DNA of 64,000 bases from Paraphysomonas bandaiensis (taxonomy: Eukaryota; Protista; Chrysophyceae): NCBI GenBank assembly GCA_965644295.1, contig CBFFRP010000232.1, positions 45,035 through 109,034 on the forward strand, written 5' to 3'. Shown here one piece after another: positions 40,149 through 53,434 of the stretch (the stretch's first letter is position 1; each line of letters begins with the position of its first letter). The translations under genes and the position numbers were made by a program. Below the pieces are notes generated by a model that did no database searches, was not told the DNA's origin, and was given only the letters and a program-made list of their open reading frames with translations.

Positions 40149-40579
40149 TCGACGCTGTGACTGAGAGTCGTGTTGTTAATTATACGGGTAATTATGTGAG
40201 AAGTAGTGGTGTATAATGACCTGCTTGCGCTGCAATGGTATGATGTCGTTTGACAGGTTGCCCAGTACAATTTATACCATTCTGATCAAGAGTATAAAAT
40301 GTATAGTAGTTAATCTAGAATTAATTTTGAGGTAGTAGGCATAATATTAATGTTAAAAACATTCTAAAGTTCTCTCGTAGCTTCACTATTAACTTTAGAC
40401 CTAATGGAAACATACAGCTGTATGTAAAATATAAATCCTACTAGTTCTTTGAAGTATACATTTTTCTGTTAACTCCAAATATCTACAGTATAGATACCAT
40501 CAGTGTCGTCGACAGAAATCTATCGTATGCTACGCAAGTATTCATTCTCCCTTGCATCAACATTTAGTCCATTACAGTA

Positions 40580-40849
40580 TTGACTATTGACCATTTTCAG
40601 ACAATGAAGATCGTTGTAAGAGAATTTAAAGTTAATCAAACTAGATAGATTATGTATACTATTGACCATTTTCAGACAATGAAGATCGTTTTAAGAGAAT
40701 TTAAAGTTAATCAAACTAGATAGATTATGTATACTATTGATCATTTTCAGACAATGAAGATCGTTTTAAAGAAGAAGTTAAAGTTAATCAAACTAGATAG
40801 ATTATGTTTTTTTAACGATCATCATTGTCTGAAAATGGTCAATAGTCAA
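40580..40849. mobile_element. MITE with about 35-bp TIRs, TA flanks and a triplicated 75-bp left portion
   Basis: 75-bp unit starts at 40583, 40658 and 40733. An inverted copy of ttgactattgaccattttcagacaatga ends at 40849; a diverged partial copy lies at about 46241-46310. Confidence 0.8.
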
Positions 40850-40988
40850 TATACAGAGAGATGCATTAGAAATCCTAAACCAAAAGATATCCATAGTCAG
40901 AGCCAGATGAACTGATTATTATGAAGCATACCACACTGTATGGTATCTATATATAAATCATTCATATTGCTACAGGCTAGACATGATG

Positions 40989-41813
40989 TCACTGAAGTTT
41001 TCTCGCGTTGAACCTTTCAAAAGACTTCTTGACTATTATACCAAACCAATAGAGCTGCATCGCAAGAATAGGGACAAAAACGCCAGTTATAATCATTCCA
41101 AATATCTGGGTGTCCCGATTAGAACTTCCAAGAACCATCATTTGAACTACTTCATACATCAAGTAGACCAAGTTCAGTACTCGAATAAGAAAAAACACAA
41201 TTACAAAAGCTATTTCAAAGATTGGGACAAATATAGACTTCTCGTTACCAGTGTTTCGTAATATATAAGATATAGTAAAACAAATAGATGTCGATTCCAT
41301 GATCAGCACTCTTGAGCAAAATGGAGCTACATCGACAGGTAGAAGAGGGACAATTACAAAAAGGCATAGGCCTAGCATATGGTGTATAATGTACTCATAA
41401 CGGCCCTGTAAAGCCTCTGGAATTGCATAAAAGAAAATGTCAGCGGCCAGATAACCAAAACTAAATGGTGCAGCTTCACAATGAAGCAGCATCGCGCTTC
41501 CTTCGTTCAAGACCGATTCGTTGTAAGTGGAAAAGAAAGGTCCTATAGCACTTGTCGCATTAGCTGTCAAGAATATCATACGATAGACTGCCTGTGGTAC
41601 AACGACCACATGATGAACAAATGAACATATGTAAGAAATGAAATCTGCTTTCTTCTTATCAGGAAATTTATTGTAATACTTTGGAAGAAGTTTCGTCATA
41701 GCAAAAGGCATTAAGTAAAACATGGATGAAAATAAGATCACCCAAAACAAACTATCTGATAGGAAATAAGGAAATAGCTCATTATAAACGGGAGAATCAT
41801 GTGAGATTGCCAT
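40989..41813 (-). CDS. TLC (TRAM-LAG1-CLN8) domain membrane protein, TMEM56/TLCD-like
   Basis: SFVHH, FSFGYLAAD, YIIHH, LIMESTS, FFLIRV, MQLYWF. Start assumed at MAISH (41813); the ORF extends upstream to 41924. Confidence 0.88.
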   Translation of the reverse strand: MAISHDSPVYNELFPYFLSDSLFWVILFSSMFYLMPFAMTKLLPKYYNKFPDKKKADFISYICSFVHHVVVVPQAVYRMIFLTANATSAIGPFFSTYNESVLNEGSAMLLHCEAAPFSFGYLAADIFFYAIPEALQGRYEYIIHHMLGLCLFVIVPLLPVDVAPFCSRVLIMESTSICFTISYILRNTGNEKSIFVPIFEIAFVIVFFLIRVLNLVYLMYEVVQMMVLGSSNRDTQIFGMIITGVFVPILAMQLYWFGIIVKKSFERFNARKLQ

Positions 41814-41974
41814 GATTCCCTGTTGTAAATGTACTAACTCCTTATTAACTCGACGGTTAAGTTTAATATGCAAGTGACAGCAATGCTGTGCTAGCTTGCA
41901 AATCCCGTGACTGTTACTTTGCACAGCTTACACCGTCACCATGAACCATACACACATACCCACTGCTGTACTGA

Positions 41975-42042
41975 TATACAGTTGTACCTATACAGCTGTA
42001 CCTATACAGCGGTACCTATACAGCGGTACCTATACAGCAGTA
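41975..42042. repeat. 14-bp minisatellite (tatacagc[gt]gtacc) x about 5 in a divergent promoter
   Basis: Directly visible tandem units. Confidence 0.85.
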
Positions 42043-42378
42043 GAGGGTGGGCTGTACATGAGGGTGGGTGTCTTATATCGGGAAAAGGGCATTTTTCTCA
42101 TTACAACACACACAGTTTTACAGCACTATATTCTGTAAATGTCAGGGGGTAAAAAGAGGGGGTAAATTTTTTATAAATACGTAAAAAAAAGTATATGTAG
42201 GAATGGTATAGCGTGTGTATGTATAGCATCTACTAGCAGTATCTTTCACAGCCACACGGAGTGTCATAGAGAACAGTCTCTATATGTATGTATATATATG
42301 TATGTATGTATCATTAGTAAGAACACTCTACTAGCATATCATAATATTTGATAGTGATATAAACTACTAAGAAGTGAT

Positions 42379-45232
42379 ATGAATAGACTCAGTTATGCAT
42401 CACCACTACTCATTCTCACTCTATTATCAATCATATCAACAACATATAGCAGTAGCATGCAGTGCTCTGACTATAACTGTTGTGATATTAATAAAGACAA
42501 TGGATGCATGTTATCTACCTTACTAGACAATGCAACAACCCTCATATTCCCTGGAGGGGATACACGATGTATTCTGGTAGGATAATACCGCATAAGTAAC
42601 TGTACTCAGTAATATGGTGTTTATTGCAGTCATCTTCCACTCCATATGCATTTGAAGTACATAAAGGAAGTAAAGAAAAGATTCTTTTCTATTTTCAAGG
42701 TGGGGGAAGTTGTTGGGACGAGGAATCTACTCAAAACAGTGGGTCTGATGTGAAGAACACTAGATGCAGGACAGATGCTGTTCCATGGCCTGTTTATGGC
42801 GTTTTTGATCGCAGCGATCCTCGAAACGCATTTGCAGAATACACTATCGTAAATGTACTTTACTGTTCTGGGGACAACCATGCAGGTAATGTTCAGCGTG
42901 AATACTTAGACAATGATGGTGGAGAGGTGATTCAAAGAGGGATTGCTAATGTGGAGGCCGTGCTGACATGGGTGCAGAATCAACAGAGCTCTGGGGAACT
43001 TTCCAAGAAACTATCAGATTTAGTTGTGATGGGATGTTCTGCTGGATCAATTGCCTCCCAAGTATGGGGCAATGAAGTTGTGAAGCGACTGAACTACCCT
43101 CAGCGAGCTGCTATAGTTCTTGATAGCTACTTGGGACTATTTCCTGCTGATATTCAGGGCCCACTAATTCGAGAGTTTGGTATGTGTGACCTCAGTTTCC
43201 TCAGCGATGAGTTTCGGAGTATTTGTGAAGCCGGAAACGCGACCCTTATGAATCATACATTTAATGCAATGGCTGCCTCTCCTCATGTTCCCTACCTATT
43301 CATCCACTCTGCTTACGATCGAGTTCAGATTAAGTACTACAATTATGTGGCGGAGTCTTACGGTTATGATAATGGGTTTGGTTCTGATGGTTTTGAAGCT
43401 GCCTCTCAAGCAGTCTTTGCAGAGTATAACACTCTGTCTAACTTTCTTGTGTACTATATCAATAGCAACCAACATTGCTACACGCCTACACCGTACCTGT
43501 TCTTTGCAAATACTGACGGTATTAGCGGGTACGAAACAGATGATGCGAATGACGATGGCACTGATGATTCTGTCGGTGGTAACGTGGACGATGATAGTGT
43601 TATGGCAGTTGATATCACAGAGGAAACTCTCAACAAATGGGTGTCGCGTCTCCCTCTCTGGGCTGGTCAGGATATTTACTCTCAATGTGCCGAAGATATG
43701 TGCTCTGAAGATGTAATTCCGAAGAGGTATATTCAGTATGAAGTGTCTAGTGACAGTGGAAATCAAGGAGAAGGTTACGTCAAACAATCAGAGTATAGTC
43801 CATCCCGTTTAGTGCGGAATATGCACCAAGTTCCCCATCTCAATTCAGACTTCGAAACTGTGGACAGCACGTTCAATATCACTCATAACATCGGGTATTC
43901 AGAATACACTGCTTCTCTTGTGACTGTGCCTGTTCTAGTGTACGTGATAGGGATATTCGCTGTTTTGGTGTTTTTGTTTGCATTATTGATTCGGTCTATG
44001 AGCAGAGGAGTGAAGTACAGCAAGACGTCGAGCTCTGAGAGAGGTGACCTAGAATCCAGGCCGTTGGATATGAAAACCGTGAAATACACTGACATGGCTC
44101 CTCCAATAGAACTTGTGCAGGCATTCTTGGGGTGCCTTTTCGTTGCGTGCTTTCTCAATTTTTTTTTGTTCATGGGCAACGTGGAGGTCTCTCGTGGTAC
44201 GGATAAGGGTGATGCAGCTCTGTACCATTTACAGTATTCCTTTGAAGACCTCATGCACTATAGCGATAGTCTGCAAGTTCAAGGAGCGAACTTGACGGAT
44301 CAACTGACCATCGCATCAGAAGATGGATGCGAGGAAGCAGATGATGTGCTGGTTTACATGGACTCGTACGATGAATATATTCAGGAATTTGACAATGCCG
44401 TATCGCCTGTAGAGCCGAAGGTAGCTCGAGGAAGAAGAAATGTGAATAACTACGCAGTTGAAAAAAAGAACGGCTTCGTGTTCACAGTTTTCACCGTTTC
44501 CACACTTTGCATTATGTCCTTGTGGTTGTCGTCGCATCTGAGAAGTGTATGTGGCCTAAAATTTTCAATTGGTTTGGCGACATTTGTGGTACTCCTGAGT
44601 TTAATATTTTGCACTCTTTATATGATATTTCTGGTAGGCCCACTATCCTACACTGATTATAATGTCTTACTTGTAATTAGATTGCTCTGGCGGATTTTTG
44701 TATGGATCCAACAACCTATGTGCTATCTATGATAAAGCAGGGGAGCACGCAAGAAACAGTGAAGTACTATGCCACCTGCTCTGGAGTCAGTCCTGCATCC
44801 GAGTACCTATATGGAGCGGAATATACCACAAATGTCATGGAATATTTTGTGGGGACATTAGCTTCAGATTACTGTGTTGATAATACTGGAGTGTTAGGTG
44901 CTCTTTCCAGTGTTCGTTACATATCATCCGATATCAACGCTGTCCAGAATATCGCTGACTGCGCGCCATACAAGGAATACTGGGAACGTTTCTTTCACGA
45001 GGGAGCTTGCTCGAATATTTTTGAGGGAATGTATATAATTTGGATATCGCAAACGTTGGCAGCTCTCTTTTTATTTGCTGCTGCCGTCCTAGCAAGTGTT
45101 ATATATCCGTATTACGCTAGTTATCATAAGCAAGTAGAAACACAACTACTAATGGATTCATCACACGACTCCTTATCGTCCACAGAATCTTCTACTAATG
45201 TAGTCATCGAGATGAACAGGAGATCGCTATAG
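42379..45232 (+). CDS. Signal peptide + pectinacetylesterase/Notum-like hydrolase fused to a Tweety-family membrane domain, 3 exons
   Basis: Hydrolase motifs FYFQGGGSCWD, YCSGDNHAG, GCSAGS, QHCY. Tweety-like YSPSRLVRNMHQVPHLNSDFETVDSTF..EYTASL, GNVEVSRG, LADFCMDP, YYATC, DC..GAC..FEG. Introns 42577-42629 and 44634-44680. Confidence 0.85.
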
Positions 45233-46845
45233 AATTCGTGCAGTAACTTATTCTTTGGTTTGCATCTAAAAGGTGATTTAGAATCTATTCTTACTTGGTA
45301 TTTTGTCGTTCCGCTCTTATGATGTAAATTATTGGTCAGAGCTAATAAATTGAATATAAGATAATGATTTATGTTACAACTTACTTGTGATTTACTTGTT
45401 CTCAAATTGACGCATAGCGCATAGGTATACATCTAAATGTTACTGACGTTGATATTAGTATGTAATTTTTGTACTCTGACCGTTAAACTCTACAATCAGT
45501 ATGACACCATAAACCATATATAGATATCTAGCCTACTCTGTGCTTCACTTCCTACTACACATCATATTTTGAGCTTGAAAATACAATCTCTGTTTGCTAC
45601 ACAACTTTGCTTGGTGCTATGTGATCTACAATGTGCACCGTATGCGCGTTGTGTACTATATACGAAAGTGTTAATATACACACAACACCATAAAAGAAAT
45701 TGCTTGCTCACTGCGTTTTCTTCGAGTGATATAGCGAAATTGGTTGCACCTTGGCGCTTGCTCTGTGTTGAGTTCTGGTATATGAGGGCGATTGAAAGCT
45801 GTAGTTATAAGGTATTTAAATTACAGTAGTAGACAGTTGTACTCTTATTAATTGCACTGTGAGCATGATTGACGATAAGTATAATATAGTATATTAAAAC
45901 GGAAATAGTGATGATGCAAGTTATAGTGACGAAGTAAGTTCGTACGAGAAATGAGTGGTAGCAGAGAGACAACATGAAATTGGTGAATGATAAGAGATTA
46001 TTTGTGATTATAACTTTTATAATTCTCAGCATTATAATTTATTAATACTTCTTATAATATAATGTCGAACTTTGATACGGTGTGTAGTGACAGACAAGCC
46101 ACTTTCGTAGCACCAAATAGTAGGATATCAGAGTTAAGCACTAGTTATTAGTTTAGATGTAATGCTTAATTAGTTCTGACTCTTTAACATTAAACACCTA
46201 TTGCAAAAGATAAGACATTCACTAATATTCTACTCTATCTTATTGACTATTGGTCATTTTTACAATTCAGATCGTTAAGAGAAGTTTATTGTAATCAAAC
46301 TAGATAGACTTCTATATTAAATTGCATACACAATTGTGTGTGTTGTCATGTAAAAACATGTCAACAACATGATAAATCATTTCGTTCATATCAGATGTCA
46401 GCCACTGCTCAACCTCCGTATCTTGAATCGTCATGATACAATACTTCATTTTCACAGTTATAGCTATATAGCATATTTGACAACGTATTACTGTTTTTCA
46501 CATTGTATTTAACGTGTTCTACAGCACTATCTTAGAGAACCATACGTATTCCAACATATCTATCTACCTATTACGTATTACACATGATTTTGTGTATAGT
46601 ATATACTGATTTCGCCGTCGTTAAGTGTGTTGTCTTCAATAAACTGTTAATAGCTCAACTCCTCTTACAATAGCCAACGTAAAGACGACAACAAGCTAAA
46701 CCAAAACAATTTCAAAATAAATTATAATATTTATTCTCTATAGATACACGATAAGACATTAACATTAAGTAACACGGTCAATTACATATCAAGACATAGA
46801 AACCATCGTGAGTGGTTACGCTACATATATTGCTAACGGCCGCTT

Positions 46846-48267
46846 TTAGACAGCGCATCGAGATATTCTAATCTCTACAGTCTCTCCCACTGGTACATCT
46901 TGAATGAGTTCAATTGCAACTTCGAACTTGGGACACGCGATAGAATTTACAGCGCACAAAACATCACATATCGCGAGAGGGGGACTGCAAGTGAGAGCGG
47001 GATTATCTTCACCCGCCATATCTTTAAATCCGACAATCACTGCCCGGCCATCAGGACTGCGTCCTAGTCTCATACCAAGTCCACGAAGACTCTTCGTTAG
47101 ACTGGCAGTGATGGATACATTCGACTTAGAGTGCTGAAGCAGGACCTGCTTCTTTACCATGTACCGCATAACTGCTTGTTTCCACGGCTCCAGTGCAATG
47201 TCCAATGCGCAGAGGCCATTGCGGTTCTTTGTTAGCGGGTCAGCCCCGGCATCTATGAGTACCAAAGACAACTCAACTGATCCATATAGTGCAGCAGAGT
47301 ATATGATCGGGTTCCCAGCGCTATCAGCGTATGAGGCTAATCGAGGGTTTTTCCCTAATAACTCCCGAACTCCACGCATATCGTTATTTTTAACGGCCTC
47401 TTTTAGTCCATCCGATGTGATGGCATATACGCGGCTTCTCCTGTCGGCACTGAATGAATAATGCGTTTCTTGAGGAGTGCAGAGGTCTCCTCTTAGAGCC
47501 AGTTCACGTTTGGCAGTAAATGTAGTTTGATCAATAGTTGGGCGATAATCTAAGGATAGTGACGGATCCATAGTTTCAGCAGTGGTTAAACTGTCCGAGC
47601 TTACTACATGGACAACGCCCGGGCCAATTGATGGATCAGAAAGTAAATTATCGCTGGTATCATCACACTCCTTGTGTTCAGAGTCAGAGTCACCAGGAAC
47701 AGTACGCCATATCCCCATTACATCCTCTCCTTCATCAGGATCAGGAGGATGATGTGATTCTGATAATCGAGATTCTGCCTCCAAAAATAAGACACGTGAC
47801 ACTTGAGTTATGTCATCTAAATTAGTAATCACTCCAAAATCAGAATCTTGACTGGGTCGAATATTCATACTGTTTCTTGTCTCATCTAAAAATGTGGTAT
47901 ATTCTTCATAATTTAAAAATGTTTTAAGAATATCAATTTCATTCATTGTTAAATCAGTTAACTCCAATAGGCATGTAATGTATCGTTGTAATTTAGGGAT
48001 TCGTTTAATAGCCTCCCCTAATGGGGATATATATGATAAGATGTGTTTGTGTGGTTGTAATTTAGGGATTTCATAGGGGAGTTTTCTTGGACAGTGTTTT
48101 TGTGTCATATACTTATAAAGATTATAAAAATCAGAGAATCTTCTGATGATTTCCCAGCAATGAAATGGGGAATGAACAGTGACTCGTATGACATATACAA
48201 TGTAACGATCACCATTAGGGGAGTTATAAAGATGAGCACCACGTATATTGGCTTGTATGCCTTCCAT
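46846..48267 (-). CDS. PX domain + ankyrin repeat + PDZ-like protein
   Basis: YIVYVIRV..WEIIRRFSDFYNL (PX); GNPIIYSAALYGSVEL..LIDAGADP..GLCALDIA (ankyrin); LTKSLRGLGMRL..CDVLCAVN (PDZ). Start assumed at MEGIQ. Confidence 0.85.
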   Translation of the reverse strand: MEGIQANIRGAHLYNSPNGDRYIVYVIRVTVHSPFHCWEIIRRFSDFYNLYKYMTQKHCPRKLPYEIPKLQPHKHILSYISPLGEAIKRIPKLQRYITCLLELTDLTMNEIDILKTFLNYEEYTTFLDETRNSMNIRPSQDSDFGVITNLDDITQVSRVLFLEAESRLSESHHPPDPDEGEDVMGIWRTVPGDSDSEHKECDDTSDNLLSDPSIGPGVVHVVSSDSLTTAETMDPSLSLDYRPTIDQTTFTAKRELALRGDLCTPQETHYSFSADRRSRVYAITSDGLKEAVKNNDMRGVRELLGKNPRLASYADSAGNPIIYSAALYGSVELSLVLIDAGADPLTKNRNGLCALDIALEPWKQAVMRYMVKKQVLLQHSKSNVSITASLTKSLRGLGMRLGRSPDGRAVIVGFKDMAGEDNPALTCSPPLAICDVLCAVNSIACPKFEVAIELIQDVPVGETVEIRISRCAV

Positions 48268-48945
48268 GGTTAAAGGATGAAGTACATGTGAGGGGTGGGT
48301 AGAGTATAGGGAGGATTCTATATATAGTAATGCACTGGGTATACATACACTGCTGTGGACCATATAGCATACTCTGTGCTGTATACAGTGTACACTCTGA
48401 TGTGCGTGGTGTAGACCAGCCGTATCTACACTGTATAGTACCAGACACTACATTCTAGATCTAGGAATTCCTGTGGGAGTGTAGTGTACTGTATTTCGTA
48501 CTGGAGTATTTTACACTGCTGCTGTATATGTACTACGTACTACTGTACACAGAGCACTATTCATTGTACTGCTGTACCTACCACGACTTTGCTACAAACC
48601 AATTGCAACAGTACATATCCGGATATATATACATACCATACACTGTACTTGTCAGAAATTTCCGGCTATTTTTTTGAACTACAGGATCGTTATGTACACC
48701 ATACAGCAGATATAGCTGTTTTACTTTCAAATATACGGTATTCCAACAGCAGTCTATACAGGAGTATATAGACGGCAGTAGCTAGAGATACTGTACACAG
48801 TAGTACAGTATCACTCTGAGTTCATCACAACACTCAAAGCAGAGTCTTGTATGCTGTTGAACTCACTCCTCAGATCATATTCTCACTTACCATATATATA
48901 ACCACCTCTCATCACCCTCCTTATACACATACACACATAGACACT

Positions 48946-51747
48946 ATGAGTTTTCTCGGTATGCGTAATAACAGGGACTCATGGGTCCATGTAAGTATAT
49001 ATATACATCACTACACATAGAATATAACTTAATTACAGAGAGCATCTGCTTCAAATGGTTTCTCTAATGGACATCGATTACAGAGTGCTCAGAGTGGTAA
49101 TGAGACACAGCGTATCACACAACAAGATACGCAACTCGATGAAGTTAATCGAGCCATGTCCAACATGACATACTCAAGACCCTCATCATCTAATTTATCA
49201 TCTCGTCCTAATTCAGCTTCAAATAAACAGTCAACGTCACAGTTTAATAGATATAAAGCTGCTGATTCTATGAGACGAGATACGACAGAGGTACCATCTC
49301 CTCAGAAACAAAGAGACACTAAAGAAACTCATCAAAAAGCTCGAGTCCCGAAGTTTGTTGAAACAGAGAAACAAGTATTGAGGTTTTATTGCCATTTCTT
49401 TGAAAAGGATGTTCCCGAACTTGGTCAGAGACGTCAAAAAGTTGCATCGTCTTCAACTCCTCGTTTCTTTACACTGCGTATATACGTGGAAGACAACACT
49501 TTTGAAATTAGTGAAGAGCGGTGTCAAAATTCCGGTACTTTTATATATGATACGTAAGCGTAATTTAATGGTGTACTAGGAATTCAAGGTGGTGCGTTTT
49601 ACCGGCGTGGTCCTCTCAAGAAGGGAAGTCAGTCGTTCGAGCCGTCTGATTTCAGTGTCGGCTCGTCTTTTTCTGCGCTCGGACAGGAATTTTTTATCAC
49701 AGATTGCGATGAATTCACCCGAGAGTACTACAGGTATGTAGTGGAGGTGGCATTCTAAACTGTATTGTACTCATATGACCATAAATAGGCGCCATCTGGG
49801 AATCGTGCAGGCCGCAGCAGAGCCCCGTCCGGAGCCCGTAGATGTATCAGCCAGTGCCCCACGTAGTGATGTCCCACGCCCAGCGACTGGAAAAGCGAAT
49901 ACATCTCGCAGTGCCGAATACGCTGCCAAGAAGGAGCTACAGGACAAGACAATGCGATTCCTCCGTGGTGATACCAGGGTGCTTCGATTCAAGTGTATAG
50001 AACTCACTTCTGGGCGGTCTCAGGGCACCATATCTGGGCTCTCTTCTGGTGTTACTGAGTATTGTTTACTGTTTTATCTCGCTGACTCATGTGGCGAATT
50101 ACGGATGGCTAGGACCAGTCGAATTTCATCAGATGATCCCAGTGTAATCCTGAAAAAGTGTCGAATTCCGAAGAACTGGAGAGACAGATCCTCAGGGCAT
50201 GCGAGAGATGGAGACTACTATGGACCAGAAGATCTGTTGTGTGGAAGCACAATAGATTGTTTTGGTCGGAAGATTTTAATTACCGGGTGCGACGAGGCTA
50301 CTCGAAAGTTTTACGCTGAGAATGGTGTGAATCAGGTAGAGGTGGAGGTTGAGCGCCCAATGGAGAAGGGGCAGACGAAACAGGCGAAAATATCGGCTAA
50401 CGAAGGCACAGGACTTAACATAGGGAATGAGGGCATTCGCTCAAAGGCCCATAGTCAGAGTCGCGCAATGTCGGCCCCTGAACACACGGAGGTACTGCGG
50501 TGTAAGTGTCAATTTGCTGGTTCAAGGGTTGCCGCACGAGATGCGGAGAGACGATTTGTTGTGTCGTTTTACCTCGAGGACAATACAATGGCTGTGTTCG
50601 AGGAGCAGGGACGAAATATGGGAGCCCCAGGTGGAAGTTTTCTCAAGCGAGATATATATTCAAATGAGATGCCTTATGACACCCGAAGTCCCCGCCGATT
50701 TTTGTCATCAGATTTGTTTCTGGGTAATACTTTCCGCATCAATGGCTATGAAATGCGAGTTACCGAAATGGATGATATGAGTGTGAACTTTTGTAAAGAG
50801 TATCCTGAAGACTACCCTTTTTTTGACATATATGCGATCATACAAAAACTAATGAGAAAGGTAGTATAATCTTAGTGCTGGTTAATTAACGGGTTCTAAT
50901 GTAAATTATGTGTATTCTGCAGATGCTGTCTTTAGGGATTGATGTGAGAGACGCTATAATGAATGAATACGATGTAGAAGGGAAGTCGTGGTTGACAGAG
51001 GATCAGTTTATGATATGCATAGATGATCTCGGAATTAGTAGAGAGCTCAATGAACAGGAACTTGTGACTTTACTGCAGTCGTTTTCTCTAGAGGTTGCTG
51101 CGAAAGGTTCACGTGAGAGGAGATCGCAACTGGAAGTTAAGTACCTCTACCACGAGATGTGCGACCTATTCTCGCATTCATATTGTGTGATGGCTGCGGG
51201 ATCGGCGTCCAAGAAACCATCGGAAAATCCGCTGGATAGACTGCTTGATGATATCCGCGCGAGAAAAACGCCATGGAGGAGGTACGTGTTGCCAGAGTCT
51301 GTATGTATTGTAGCTAATGTTTTTTGTGCTGTGCAGTGTGTTAAGGGAAAATGATAAATCGATCACAACATTCATAAGCCTTTCTGACCTCGTTACATGC
51401 TTCTCTGACAACGGTTATCGGCTCACGATGCCAAATCGCGGTCTCATTGTTGAGAACTACGCCCTGACGGATGCAGAGGCAGCTCCTATTTTGAGAGTAG
51501 GGTGTCAAACTTATTGTGTAGTTTTGTGCTCATTTCATGTGCAGATGTTGGAACAAGTTACAGGAAAAAGTATCGTTCAACAGCCACAACGTGGAAGGTA
51601 AGCTGGACAGTTGTTAGAATGTTTATAATGAAGTGTATCAGAGGGGTACGTGGACGGCGACAAGATGACGAGTATGATGGCGAGAGAATTATAATAGATT
51701 TTCATACCTTCTGCAACGACATATACATTTGTGACTGGGTAAAATGA
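48946..51747 (+). CDS. DM10-domain EFHC/Rib72-like axonemal protein with C-terminal EF-hand-like region, multi-exon
   Basis: Three DM10-like units: KQVLRFYCHF..IYVEDNTFEISE..NSG, VLRFKC..FYLADS..TGCDEATRKFY, RRFVVSFYLEDNTMAVFE..GGSFLKR. Several short introns. Confidence 0.82.
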
Positions 51748-52517
51748 ATGTCGGTGTTGCTTTACTAGGGAATTCTTTAGCGTGAACAGTTTGAATATTT
51801 CTAAGCTCTGTATATTTATACCTGTAAGGGAAGATACTTGCTGTATTTTCCTTCTGCTTTGTACTGATAATAATTTAAGTGCTGGTTGGAGTTATTTTTA
51901 TTACTGCATAGTTAGCTTATACTTATACCTTATACTATTTCTTGATTTTCGGATAGCTAAAGAGTACATACCCTTTCTTGACGTACCCTGTGAATGAGTT
52001 AAGAAAGAAAACAGCAGTATATTCCTTGCAGGTTTTAGAATCATACACACTCACCAAAAGGTAGATAAAACTAATATTTCTAATCACGGGTCATAACTCC
52101 ACCAAAGTTTGAAACGAGGGTGAATAGGGACGACACTACTTATTACTTTTCCCAAGGTAAATCGTATTCAATCCTTATAATGTGACGAAATCTAAGAAAT
52201 TATTATTGAAGTTGCAGTGCTGTCGTAGTGTGCTGCTTATTGTCTAATAGGTTTTGAGAAGAGCGTTCTATGGAACCGACAAGACGTCAAAAATATGGGA
52301 ATAATTAACATAGTTACTTCCTTATTTTGATTGCGACAAAATTTTATATAACTAGTGTTGAAGACGATCTACAATAATGTGCAGGTACCATCTCTCATTA
52401 CTAACTCATGCACGATGATAGTACAGCATAACTAAATGTTGAAACAAGAATGAAGACATTCCTATCAACATATAATATTACAAAGTGTGATACAGAGGGT
52501 GCTTAAGCACTTATGCT

Positions 52518-53332
52518 CTAGCAGCATCCTCCTCCAGAGTTACCCTGACTGTTGCTACCATCCAACACGAGGTTATCCTCCGCTTCCGTACCCTTACTCT
52601 TAGTTTTCTGAATATTAACGATGCGTCTTGTGAGTTCGTTGAACAGACGATCGACGCCTTCGCCGGACTGTGCCGAGGTGCGAATGAAGACAGCGTCGAC
52701 GCTGGCAGCGTATTCGTCGCACTGTTTAAGGTCAAATGCTGCCTCTTTGTCGCACTTATTGCCGGCGATACACACCACCACCTCTGGGTCAGCATGAGCT
52801 TTCAGGTCTTTGAGCCAAGATTTAGACTTGTGAAATGAATCCTCATTCGTCAGGTCAAATACCAAGATCGCTGCCTTAGCTCCTCGGTAATACATGGGCG
52901 CCATACTCCTACACATTAAATAAGACCACTATCACATCACATACAGTACACCCAACCAACCTGAATCTTTCTTGTCCCGCAGTATCCCAAATCTATTTCA
53001 CACAAAATAAACATAAGTAAATATAAACACATATATATACACATAATCATATATATGTATACATATAAACATCATCTCACTTGTAGCGATATGTCAAATC
53101 CGTCCATTGACACTCTATGCTGAAGAAAACTCGCCCCAATTGTAGGTGTAGAATTATCTGAGAATTCTCCTTGACAGTACCTGTATGATATTATGATAAC
53201 AGTTATCTAATAGTTATATATATATACATACCTCATACTCAGAGATGTCTTGCCTACATCTGACTCTCCGATAATACACACCTTTATCTCAACGGGACCG
53301 GAAGAATTAGCGTTTGATTTTGATGTCTTCAT
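52518..53332 (-). CDS. Rab GTPase, Rab5/Rab22 group, 4 exons
   Basis: KVCIIGESDVGKTS, PTIGASF, IWDTAGQERF, SMAPMYYRGA, GNKCD, TSA, and a C-terminal GGCC prenylation motif. Confidence 0.92.
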
Positions 53333-53434
53333 TTAGTGTAGAGGATGCTTGTGGAGTAGAGTTCCCAAGAGAGAGTGATACATATATAGAGAAAGAGAAA
53401 TATAGAATGAAGATCATCAGGAGTAGTTATCGCC

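Noticed and set aside
40580-40810. Possible CRISPR array
   Set aside because: The 75-bp units are near-identical end to end with no unique spacers; eukaryotic context and no cas genes.
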